NCBI GenBank assembly: GCA_963743525.1
Contig: CAVUQH010000003.1
Coordinates: 64,001 to 128,000 of the forward strand
Direction: 5' to 3'
Length of the DNA: 64,000 nt
Origin: an uncultured delta proteobacterium
GTDB taxonomy: Bacteria; Myxococcota_A; Polyangia; Haliangiales; Haliangiaceae
The notes beneath the pieces were generated by a model. The model did no database searches and had not been told where the DNA came from. It saw nothing but the letters and a program-made list of their open reading frames with translations. The position numbers and the translations under genes were made by a program. Positions 52,701 to 64,000 of the stretch are shown here, piece after piece (position 1 is the stretch's first letter; each line of letters begins with the position of its first letter).

Positions 52701-54047
52701 TCGAACTGCGCTGCGTCGAGCTGCGGTGCATCGAGCTCGAGGTCGTGCTGTTGCTTCGGCGCGGGGATGTCGTCGAAGAAACCCTTGGGCGCCGGCAAGT
52801 TGCCGGAGCCGCGGGACGAGCCAGGCGCGACCGGCGCGGGGACGTCGTCGAAGAATCCTTTGGGCGCGGGCAGGTTGCCGGTTGCCCCCGGCGCACCGGC
52901 ATCGGACGGCGCGGGGATGTCGTCGAAGAAACCCTTGGGCGCCGGCAAGTCGGCCTTGCGCGAGGTCGGCCCGACGGGCGTGGGCAGGTCGGCGTTGCGC
53001 GAGGTCGGTCCGACGGGCGTGAGCATGTCGGCGTTGCGCGAGGTCGGTCCGACGGGCGTGAGCATGTCGGCGTTGCGCGAGGTCGGCCCGACGGGCGTGA
53101 GCATGTCGGCGTTGCGCGAGGTTGGTCCGACGGGCGCGGCAGGTCGGCGTTGCGCGAGGTCGGCCCGACGGGCGCGGCAGGTCGGCGTTGCGCGAGGTCG
53201 GTCCGACGGGCGCCGGCAGGTCGGCGTTGCGCGAGGTCGGCCCGACGGGCGCCGGCAGGTCGGCGTTGCGCGAGGTCGGCCCGACGGGCGCGGGCAAGTC
53301 GTCGAAGCCGCCGGGCAGATCGATGGCATCCATGCTCGGCGCGCCGACGGGCGCGGGCAGGTCCTCGATGCCGGTCGAGCGGCGGCCGCTGACCGGTGCC
53401 GGCAGGTCGTCGAAGAAGCCGTCGCCGCCGCCGCTGGCCGGCGCGGGCAGGTCGTCGAAGAAGCCGTCGCCGCCCCCGCCCCTGGCACCGCTGACGGGCA
53501 CGGGCAGATCCTCGATGCCGGTCGAGCGGCGGCCGCTGACCGGTGCGGGCAGGTCCTCGATGCCGGTCGAGCGGCGGCCGCTGACCGGTGCCGGCAGGTC
53601 GTCGAAGAAGCCGTCGGCATCGGCCAGTGGGCTCGCCGGCTCGGGCGCTTTGTCCACCGTCGAGGCACCGGCGAGCGGCGACGGTCGAGCCGGCTGCTCG
53701 ACGTCACCGAGGGCGCTGCCGCCGAGGAACGAGTCGTCGAGCTCGAGCGAATCGGCCAGGCTGTCGCCGTCGTTGTCGAAGGCGGCCAGCGCCGGACCGG
53801 TGGCCAGCGACGGCTCGTCCGCCGGCGTCTCCGCCGCCGGCTTGGGCGTCGCCGGACGCTTGACCGGAATGGGCGGCGGCTTGCCTTTGCCCATGCCGAC
53901 GCCAAACCCCATCGACCGCGCACCCGGCGGCATCACCGTCACCGGCTTGCCGCACGAGGTGCACTTCATGATCTTCCCGCTCGGCGGTACCAGCGTTTCC
54001 GGAACCCGGTGCTCGGTGCCGCACGCCTCGCAGGTCGCGCTCACCAT
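49702..54047 (-). CDS. Zinc-ribbon (MJ0042-type) + DLPAP-repeat linker + TM + periplasmic TPR protein (three frameshifts)
   Basis: CEAC...CTSC N-terminus, acidic repeats, TM ALAAVVLVGGLGAGGWLLW, many TPRs. The pieces are spread over ORFs 51201-54107, 51389-53923 and 49702-51444, joined by indels near 53175, 53137 and 51729. Confidence 0.8.
52944..53300 (-). repeat. 39-bp intragenic tandem repeat x9 (ADLPAPVGPTSRN)
   Basis: ttgcgcgagg at 52956, 52995, 53034, 53073, 53112, 53150, 53188, 53227 and 53266; two units are 38 bp. Confidence 0.93.
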
Positions 54048-54151
54048 CGTCGGCAGTGTACCTCTGCACCGACTTTGCCGCGAGCCCGGCGGCCGCCGGC
54101 GTGGCAAATGCGCCGCCGATTCGCCCGTCGATCAGTCGATGAGCGCCGCCG

Positions 54152-54805
54152 TCAGAACGGGTTGACCACGTCGCCGCCGCGGTCGGGGCGCGGCCGCGGG
54201 CGCCGCCGCGTGCCGTTGCCCGGGCCGTCGAACGGGTTCTTCACCGCGCCTGGCGCTCTCCTGCCACCGCGCCCGCGCTTGCCGCCGCGCTTCATCGCCG
54301 CGCGGATCTGCCGCTCGATGGCCCGGTCGATCTGCGGCAGCACGACCAGGATCGTGGCCGCCTGTCGGGGCGAGAGCACCTTGCGAACCGCCTGGAACCG
54401 CTCGCCCTGGAGCTTCCACATCGCCGTCTGTTGGGCCACCACCTGGTCGATCAGGGCCGACATCTGCGCGTCGGTCGCACCCTTCTTCACCGCCTGGCGC
54501 AGCTGCCGGCGCAGCGCGCGGCCCTGGCGGGCAGCCTTGACCATCTGGTCGTCGAAGCGGGACAGGATGGGGAACAGCTTGGCCGCCGTCGCCTCGTCGA
54601 GCTTCAGCGCCTCGGTCAGCCGCCAGGCGCGGAGTGCGCGGATGCGCTGGCGCAGCCGGGCGCGCTTGGCCTCGACGCGTGGTCGGGCGTTGGCCGCCGG
54701 CGCCGCGGCGGGTTGGGCGGCCGGCTGGGCGGCCGCCGGGGTCGAGCGGGCGCCGCAGGCGAGCAGCGCGACGGTGAGCGAGAGCGGGAGCAGGCTGGTG
54801 CGCAT
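54152..54805 (-). CDS. Spy/CpxP-like periplasmic helical protein (possible lipoprotein)
   Basis: LLAC lipobox-like signal, LKLDEATAAKL...VLSPRQ motifs, downstream of the ECF sigma/anti-sigma pair. Confidence 0.7.
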   Translation of the reverse strand: MRTSLLPLSLTVALLACGARSTPAAAQPAAQPAAAPAANARPRVEAKRARLRQRIRALRAWRLTEALKLDEATAAKLFPILSRFDDQMVKAARQGRALRRQLRQAVKKGATDAQMSALIDQVVAQQTAMWKLQGERFQAVRKVLSPRQAATILVVLPQIDRAIERQIRAAMKRGGKRGRGGRRAPGAVKNPFDGPGNGTRRRPRPRPDRGGDVVNPF

Positions 54806-54817
54806 GGGTCCTCCGGG

Positions 54818-55510
54818 TCAGCCGGGCTGGGTGGCGAGGTAGGCGCTGGCGGCGTCGATCTGGCTCTCGTCCAGGTCGTCGACCCAGCTGGCGTAGGCGT
54901 CGTCGCCGAACAGGCCGACGGCGGTGTCGTCGCTGCCGGTGCCGTCGCCGCTGCTGTCGCCGGACAGGTCGGGGGCATCGGCGTCGAGCGCGGCCAGCAC
55001 CGCGTCGAGCTGACTGTCGTCGAGCCCGGCGACCTCCGGCAGCTCGTCGGCGATCGCCGGCTGCTCCTCGGGGAGCACGTCGGGCGCCGGCGCCACGGTG
55101 TCGCCGGCCGGCGGGTTGCTGGCCGCGATCAGCGGCTGCGACTGCGGCGTGGCGCTCTGCCGCCGCGTCCAGATCAGGGCGATGGTCGCGGCCGCGGCGA
55201 CGGCCAGAATCGGCGCCGCCACCCGCGGGCGAAGCAGCCGCGCCAGCCACGAGCCCCGCGGCCGCGGGGCGGGCAACGGCTCGCAGGCGGCGCGAATCGC
55301 CCGAGCCATCTCGTCCCACGCCGGCTCGGCGGCCGGCCGCGGTTGGGTGGCGCGCACGGCGTTGATGGTCTGGCGCAGGGCGTCGACCTCGGCGGCCGCG
55401 TCGCCGTCGCCGTCGGTGCGCGCGTCCAGGCGCGCGGTGTCGCGGGGATCGAGGCCGCCGTCGGCGTACGCGGCCAGCAGCTCGTCGTCGGTCGGGCGCG
55501 GATCGCTCAT
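54818..55510 (-). CDS. Putative transmembrane anti-sigma factor
   Basis: LLAAYADGGL (ASD-like), single TM, acidic C-terminus; ATGA-coupled to the sigma gene. Confidence 0.75.
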   Translation of the reverse strand: MSDPRPTDDELLAAYADGGLDPRDTARLDARTDGDGDAAAEVDALRQTINAVRATQPRPAAEPAWDEMARAIRAACEPLPAPRPRGSWLARLLRPRVAAPILAVAAAATIALIWTRRQSATPQSQPLIAASNPPAGDTVAPAPDVLPEEQPAIADELPEVAGLDDSQLDAVLAALDADAPDLSGDSSGDGTGSDDTAVGLFGDDAYASWVDDLDESQIDAASAYLATQPG

Positions 55511-56151
55511 CGTTCGTCCTTTTCGTCGCCGCCCTGCGGCGCCAGCATGGCGCGCAGCTTCTTGACCGCGTGGTGGAAGCTGACCTTGGCCGAGTTCTCG
55601 CTGCAGTCGGCCAGCTCGGCCACCTCGCGGAACGGCAGCTCGTCGTAGATGCGCAGCTCCAGCACCATCCGCTGCTTGGGCGGCAGCTCGGCCACCGCCT
55701 CGCGCAGCCGCTCGGACTCCTCGTCGCCGATGATGCGCATCGGCCCGGTGGCGCGGCGGATCAGGGCGTCGTCGGGCGGGGCGTCGGTTGACAGCTCGGT
55801 GGGCCGCTCGCGCGCGTTGTCGCGCAGGTAGTTGAGCGACAGGTTGATGGCGATGCGGTACAGCCAGGTGCGGAAGCGGGCGTCGCCGCGGAACCTGGCC
55901 AGCGACTGGAACGCGCGCACGAACACCTTCTGGCTCACGTCCATGGCGTCGGCGTCGCGCTTCACGTAGCGCAGGCAGAGGTAGAAGATCGGCTTCTGGT
56001 AGCGGCGGACCAGGGTGTCGAACGCCCGCCGCTCGCCGGCCAGGAACTGGTCGACCAGCGGCCGGTCCGGATCGGGCTCGGCCCGCGACGCCGCGTCGGC
56101 GGGCGAATCGGCCAGGTCGTTGGAGTCGTCGAGTGCCAGAAGTGCCCTCAC
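55507..56151 (-). CDS. ECF sigma-70 factor
   Basis: AFDTLVRRY, FRTWLYRIAIN, LPPKQRMV, PFREVAEL...SAKVSFHHA. Confidence 0.93.
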   Translation of the reverse strand: MRALLALDDSNDLADSPADAASRAEPDPDRPLVDQFLAGERRAFDTLVRRYQKPIFYLCLRYVKRDADAMDVSQKVFVRAFQSLARFRGDARFRTWLYRIAINLSLNYLRDNARERPTELSTDAPPDDALIRRATGPMRIIGDEESERLREAVAELPPKQRMVLELRIYDELPFREVAELADCSENSAKVSFHHAVKKLRAMLAPQGGDEKDER

Positions 56152-56240
56152 AGCCAGTCGGACCCGGCGCTTGCGCCGGAGGTTAAGCCCTTGTACGTTC
56201 CCCGCCGGAATTATTTGAGTCCAAAGGGAAATCAGGCGCC

Positions 56241-57512
<1,272 letters not shown>

Positions 57513-57541
57513 CGGCGGCTGTTGAAAAGCTCAAATGCGGC

Positions 57542-57569
57542 TTTACATGGCCGTCGTACTGCCTATACT
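57542..57569 (+). promoter_or_regulatory. Stable-RNA-type sigma70 promoter of the tRNA cluster
   Basis: TTTACA-16 bp-TATACT followed by a GC-rich discriminator. Confidence 0.65.
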
Positions 57570-57593
57570 CCGACGCCAGCCTCCGGGCGGACC

Positions 57594-57677
<84 letters not shown>

Positions 57678-57726
57678 TGGTTACCCTTGATAATCGAATA
57701 GTAGGAACGCGAAGCACACGCCTTCT

Positions 57727-57821
<95 letters not shown>

Positions 57822-57832
57822 TTGATTCCCGA

Positions 57833-57906
<74 letters not shown>

Positions 57907-57914
57907 CTGTGAAC

Positions 57915-58367
57915 ATGATGACCGACGACGATTACATGGCGCTCGCCATCGAGGCGGCGCTGCAGGCAGACGCCGCGGGTGACGTACCGGTCGGCTGCGT
58001 GATCGTCATCGGCGACGAGGTGGTCGGCCGCGGCTTCAACCGCCGCCAGGCCACGGGCGATCCCACGGCACATGCCGAGATCGAGGCCCTGCGCGCCGCC
58101 AGCCGCATCGTCGGCAACTGGCGCATCGAGGGCACCCTCTACGTCACGCAGGAGCCCTGCCCGATGTGTGCCGGCGCGCTGGTCAACGCCCGCGTCAGTC
58201 GGCTCGTCTACGGCTGTGACAATCCGAAGGCAGGCTCGGTGCGCACGCTCTACCAGCTGTGCACCGACCCGCGGCTCAACCACCGCATGAGCGTCACCGC
58301 CGGTGTTCGCGCCGACGAGTGTGCCGGGCTGTTGAGCAGCTTCTTTGCGCGGCTGCGCCGCGCGTAA
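57915..58367 (+). CDS. tadA: tRNA adenosine-34 deaminase
   Basis: VPVGCVIV, DPTAHAE, EPCPMCAGA. Start could be 57909, 57915 or 57918. Confidence 0.96.
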   Translation: MMTDDDYMALAIEAALQADAAGDVPVGCVIVIGDEVVGRGFNRRQATGDPTAHAEIEALRAASRIVGNWRIEGTLYVTQEPCPMCAGALVNARVSRLVYGCDNPKAGSVRTLYQLCTDPRLNHRMSVTAGVRADECAGLLSSFFARLRRA

Positions 58368-58377
58368 CCGACGACTT

Positions 58378-58465
<88 letters not shown>

Positions 58466-58494
58466 ATTGATATTAGCCCCGCGCACTCGCCTCT

Positions 58495-58582
<88 letters not shown>

Positions 58583-58597
58583 CGGGAAACCATGTTT

Positions 58598-58684
<87 letters not shown>

Positions 58685-58717
58685 TTTTCACAGCCGCGGC
58701 CAGCGGCTATAGTTCGT

Positions 58718-58766
58718 GGCCGGCGATTCCAAGCGCACGACGCGCCGGGATCGCCGGCCCTTTTTT
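58718..58766 (+). terminator. Intrinsic terminator-like hairpin + T6
   Basis: GGCCGGCGATTCC pairs with GGGATCGCCGGCC, followed by CTTTTTT. Confidence 0.7.
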
Positions 58767-58772
58767 CGGCTG

Positions 58773-60626
<1,854 letters not shown>

Positions 60627-60634
<8 letters not shown>

Positions 60635-60959
60635 CGGAAAGATGCCCGATCTCGGCGAGCTGATGAAGATGGCCCAGAAGCTCCAGGGCGACGTCAGCCA
60701 GGCACAAGCGGAGCTCGAGAAGAAGACCTGCGATGCCGCCGCCGGGGGCGGCATGGTCGTGGCCACGGTCAACGGCAAGTTCGAGCTGGTCGACCTGAAG
60801 ATCGACAAGGAGGTCGTCGATCCCGAAGACGTCTCCATGCTCCGCGATCTGATCGTCGCCGCCGTCAACCAGGCCGTGGTCAAGATTCGCGAGATGACGC
60901 AATCGGAGATGTCCAAGCTGACCGGCGGACTGGGCATCCCGGGCATGCCCAAGTTCTAG
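60627..60959 (+). CDS. ybaB: YbaB/EbfC nucleoid-associated protein
   Basis: MKMAQKLQ, AGGGMVVATVNG, DLIVAAVNQA; located between dnaX and recR. Confidence 0.95.
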
Positions 60960-60975
60960 TGGTGCGCTGAGACGT

Positions 60976-61572
60976 ATGGCCGACCCGATCAAGCGACTCG
61001 TCCAGCACCTGGCGCGCCTGCCTGGAGTCGGCGAGAAGACGGCCACCCGCCTCGCGTTCCACCTGGTCCGCGGCAACAAGAACCAGGTGCGCGAGCTGGC
61101 GCATGCCCTGCTCGAGGTGGTCGACCGCGTCCGCCTGTGCTCGGAGTGCATGAACATCACCGAGGACGATCCGTGCGGCTTCTGCGCCGATGCGCGCCGC
61201 GACCCGGCCGTCATCTGTGTCGTCTCGGGTCCGTCGGACGTCGCGGCGATCGATCGCGGCGGCAGCTTCCGCGGCCGCTACCACGTTCTCCACGGCGTGT
61301 TGTCGCCGCTGGAGGGGATCGGCCCCGAAGATCTGCGCATCGCCGAGCTCGTCCGCCGGCTGTCCGGCGACGGCACCCCGGTGGAAGAGGTCATCGTCGC
61401 CACCAGCGCCAGCGTCGAGGGCGAGGCTACTGCCATGTACCTGGCCCGGCTGCTCAAGCCGCTCGGTGTGCGGGTCTCGCGCATCGCCAGCGGCATCCCG
61501 GTGGGCGGGGAGCTCGAGTACTCGGACCAGGCGACCATCGCGCGGGCGCTGAGCGGCCGCTCACCGATGTGA
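60976..61572 (+). CDS. recR: Recombination mediator RecR
   Basis: LPGVGEKTA, C4 zinc finger, YHVLHG, EGEATA, GIPVGGELEY. Confidence 0.98.
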   Translation: MADPIKRLVQHLARLPGVGEKTATRLAFHLVRGNKNQVRELAHALLEVVDRVRLCSECMNITEDDPCGFCADARRDPAVICVVSGPSDVAAIDRGGSFRGRYHVLHGVLSPLEGIGPEDLRIAELVRRLSGDGTPVEEVIVATSASVEGEATAMYLARLLKPLGVRVSRIASGIPVGGELEYSDQATIARALSGRSPM

Positions 61573-61737
61573 GGGGGCACGGGTGCGAGGGTGTGTGCCC
61601 GGCCCGTCCTCGGCCTCCCCGGGGGCGTATAGAGCCCCGGATTGCTTGTAAGAATCTGAGGAGGTCTGTTACCGTGACCTGCGGAGTGAGTCCGACAGGA
61701 CCACGTTTGCGAGGCGAAGCGGGAGGTGCCTCAGCCG

Positions 61738-62217
61738 ATGGCTAACCAACTGGTCATGTACGAAGAGGAGCTGCTGCAGATCAACCAGGTCTGCGAGACG
61801 CTCCATCGGGACGCGAATGCTCAGGCGGTCTTGGTCATCGACAAGAACGGGCAGGCGATCTCGCAGACCGGCGAGGTCGAGACCCTCGACGTGACGTCTC
61901 TGTCGTCGCTCACCGCCGGCAACGTCGCCGCCACCGGCGGTATCGCCAACTTGTTGCAGGAAAAGGAATTCGCCGGCCAGTTCCACGAGGGAGAGCGGAC
62001 CAACGTCCACATCTCGATCGTCGGCGGGCGCGTCATCCTGCTGGTGCTCTTCGACGAGCGGTCGTCGCTGGGGCTCGTGCGCCTGCGCGTGCGCAAAGCC
62101 AGCGCCGAGCTCGAGCGCATCCTCAACGCGCTGGTCGAGAAGAGTGCGTCCAACTCGCAGCCGTCGGTGTTCGCCGAGATCACCGACGACGACATCGACA
62201 ACCTTTTCAACGACTAG
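61738..62217 (+). CDS. mglB: MglB roadblock-domain GAP
   Basis: LVMYEEE, IDKNGQ, SLTAGNVAATGG, SLGLVRLR, FAEITDDDIDNLF. Confidence 0.95.
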   Translation: MANQLVMYEEELLQINQVCETLHRDANAQAVLVIDKNGQAISQTGEVETLDVTSLSSLTAGNVAATGGIANLLQEKEFAGQFHEGERTNVHISIVGGRVILLVLFDERSSLGLVRLRVRKASAELERILNALVEKSASNSQPSVFAEITDDDIDNLFND

Positions 62218-62229
62218 CGGGACGAACCG

Positions 62230-62817
62230 ATGAGCTTCATCAACTACTCGTCGCGCGAGATCAACTGCAAGATCGTCTACTACGGTCCGGGTCTTTGCGG
62301 GAAGACCACGAACCTGCAGTACATCTACAACAAGACCAATCCCGAGGCGAAGGGCAAGATGATCTCGCTCGCGACAGAGACCGAGCGGACGCTGTTCTTC
62401 GACTTCTTGCCGCTGTCCCTGGGCGAGATTCGCGGGTTCCGCACCCGCTTCCACCTGTACACCGTGCCCGGACAGGTCTTCTACGACGCCAGCCGCAAGC
62501 TCATCCTCAAGGGGGTGGACGGGGTCGTGTTCGTCGCCGACTCGCAGATCGAGCGCATGGAGGCGAACATCGAGTCGCTCGACAACCTGCGCAGCAACCT
62601 GCAGGAACAGGGCTACGATCTCGACAAGATCCCGTACGTCGTGCAGTTCAACAAGCGCGATCTGCCCAACGCGGCGCCGATGGCCGAGCTGCAGGAGATC
62701 TGCAATCCGACGAACGTACTGAGCTTCGAGGCAATTGCCACGAAGGGAGGGGGCGTCTTCGACACCCTCAAAGCTGTCGCGAAGCTCGTGCTTACCGAGC
62801 TGAGACGCGGCGGCTGA
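62230..62817 (+). CDS. mglA: MglA small GTPase
   Basis: [39 protein letters not shown]. Confidence 0.98.
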   Translation: MSFINYSSREINCKIVYYGPGLCGKTTNLQYIYNKTNPEAKGKMISLATETERTLFFDFLPLSLGEIRGFRTRFHLYTVPGQVFYDASRKLILKGVDGVVFVADSQIERMEANIESLDNLRSNLQEQGYDLDKIPYVVQFNKRDLPNAAPMAELQEICNPTNVLSFEAIATKGGGVFDTLKAVAKLVLTELRRGG

Positions 62818-62839
62818 CGCTGCGCCCAAGGGGGGCGAG

Positions 62840-64000
62840 ATGGAAACCCAGACGACGACGATACCGCGCTTCCGAACCGATCTGGTGACGCAACCGATCG
62901 AGGCGGAGGGGCAGCGGTTCGTGGACGTCACCGATCCCGATTCGGGGACGACGTTCCGCTTCTACGAAGTCGAGTACGCGATCGCGTGCGCCATGAACGG
63001 CACCCGCGATCTGAGCGGGCTGGCCAGCTGGGCGCTGGAAGAGCTCGGGCTCGAGACCTCCTCGGCCGAGCTCGCGACGGTGATCAACACGCTCGGCGAG
63101 CTCGGCTATCTCGAGGCCGAGACCGGCTCGGGCGACATGACTCTGGGCGCGCCTGGAGGCAAGCCAGCGGTCGAGCCGGTCGCTGCGGCGATCGAGGCCG
63201 GCGACTTCGACCTGGGCGCTCCCGGCAAGTCGCCGATCGCCCGCGTCCGCCCGACGCCGATGGCGCCCGACGACATCGCGCTCGGCGCGCCCGGCGCCGC
63301 GTCCGCCTCGGCCGGTGCTGCCGCCAGCTCGTCCGAAGAGTCGTTCGAAGGCCTGCTCGACGAAGAGCCGCCCACGTCCGTGCGGCCGGCGCCGCCGCGC
63401 CCCACGGCTGTGTCGATGGACGACGAGCCGACCCGCCGGCGCGAGGTCATCGACGAGATGGATTTCGGCGACCTCGAGGGGATCACGCCGCCGCCGGCCG
63501 AAGTGCCGTCGCCCAAGCTGCGCCCCATCACCAGCGCGCCGCTGTCCGACGACGACGGGCCGACCAACCTGCCGCCGCCCGCGCCCGGCCTGGAAGAGGT
63601 GGCCGAGCTCGCCGGGCCGGACGTCTCGGTCGATCTCAGCGAGCATCTGTCGATCGACGCCGACGACGTCAAGGAAGCCGTTCGCCAGTCGCAGGTGATG
63701 CAGGCGGTCGACGTCCCCGAGGAGCTGCTGGCCGAGCTCGGTCACGACACGGCGACGCCCGAGCCGGAAGCCGAGAAGGCCGATTCCTCGGCGCCGGTGG
63801 TCCTGCCCGACGAGCGCGCCCAGGTGTCGCGCCCGGTGGCGGCCGCCGTGTCCGAGCCGGACGAAGAGCCGGCACCCGTCGCCGCCAAGGGCGGCAGCGG
63901 CACGCTGTTGTTCCTGATCTTCTTGCTGATCGTGGTCGGCGCCGCCGCCGCCTACTACTTCCTCGTCTACAAGAAGAAGCTGGAGAACCAGTCCAGCACC
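62840..64000 (+). CDS. Membrane-anchored hypothetical protein (N-terminal PqqD/RRE-like domain, acidic linker, TM; runs off the window)
   Basis: Hand translation METQTTTIPRFRTDLVTQPIEAEGQRFVDVTDPDSGTTFRFYEVEYAIACAM...; the same frame gives TM TLLFLIFLLIVVGAAAAYYFLVYKKK near 63902-63980. Confidence 0.75.
   Translation, partial: METQTTTIPRFRTDLVTQPIEAEGQRFVDVTDPDSGTTFRFYEVEYAIACAMNGTRDLSGLASWALEELGLETSSAELATVINTLGELGYLEAETGSGDMTLGAPGGKPAVEPVAAAIEAGDFDLGAPGKSPIARVRPTPMAPDDIALGAPGAASASAGAAASSSEESFEGLLDEEPPTSVRPAPPRPTAVSMDDEPTRRREVIDEMDFGDLEGITPPPAEVPSPKLRPITSAPLSDDDGPTNLPPPAPGLEEVAELAGPDVSVDLSEHLSIDADDVKEAVRQSQVMQAVDVPEELLAELGHDTATPEPEAEKADSSAPVVLPDERAQVSRPVAAAVSEPDEEPAPVAAKGGSGTLLFLIFLLIVVGAAAAYYFLVYKKKLENQSST

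Overview
Very GC-rich bacterial DNA covering the chromosomal replication-origin region, most likely of a myxobacterium (Myxococcota, probably Haliangiales/Kofleriaceae-like). That assignment is inferred from mglB-mglA, Myxococcus-type parS sites, Cys-rich lipoproteins, and Ser/Thr kinase-TPR and zinc-ribbon-TPR genes. Core blocks are: ECF sigma-mutM-rsmA-tsaD; larA-like-rsmG; bioFAD; mnmE-jag-yidC-yidD-rnpA-rpmH; dnaA-oriC-dnaN-recF-gyrB-fabH; cdnL/carD; pepA; transaldolase; trmB; uvrB; thiE; pal-cpoB; a sigma54 activator; selB; and serS-5 tRNAs-tadA-SRP RNA-dnaX-ybaB-recR-mglBA. No mobile element, prophage or CRISPR array was seen. The most notable non-obvious signals are: (1) recurrent GTCGAC-to-GTCAAC/GTTGAC/GTTAAC changes and one indel hitting conserved residues, a probable DNA-methylation footprint, most likely as basecalling error; (2) a Bacillus-like DnaA-box/DnaA-trio/AT-rich unwinding element between dnaA and dnaN; (3) two perfect parS palindromes inside the biotin genes with no parAB in the window; (4) three tandem repeats, each copying a gene's stop-codon end at a convergent junction; (5) an unannotated 50-aa basic protein with its own sigma70 promoter; (6) a metzincin-like lipoprotein with two zinc-ligand His replaced by Arg; (7) several apparently leaderless genes. 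Five genes (a response regulator, bioF, gyrB, a zinc-ribbon/TPR gene and dnaX) carry frameshifts that are probably assembly errors. I did not find an unambiguous new multi-gene system.
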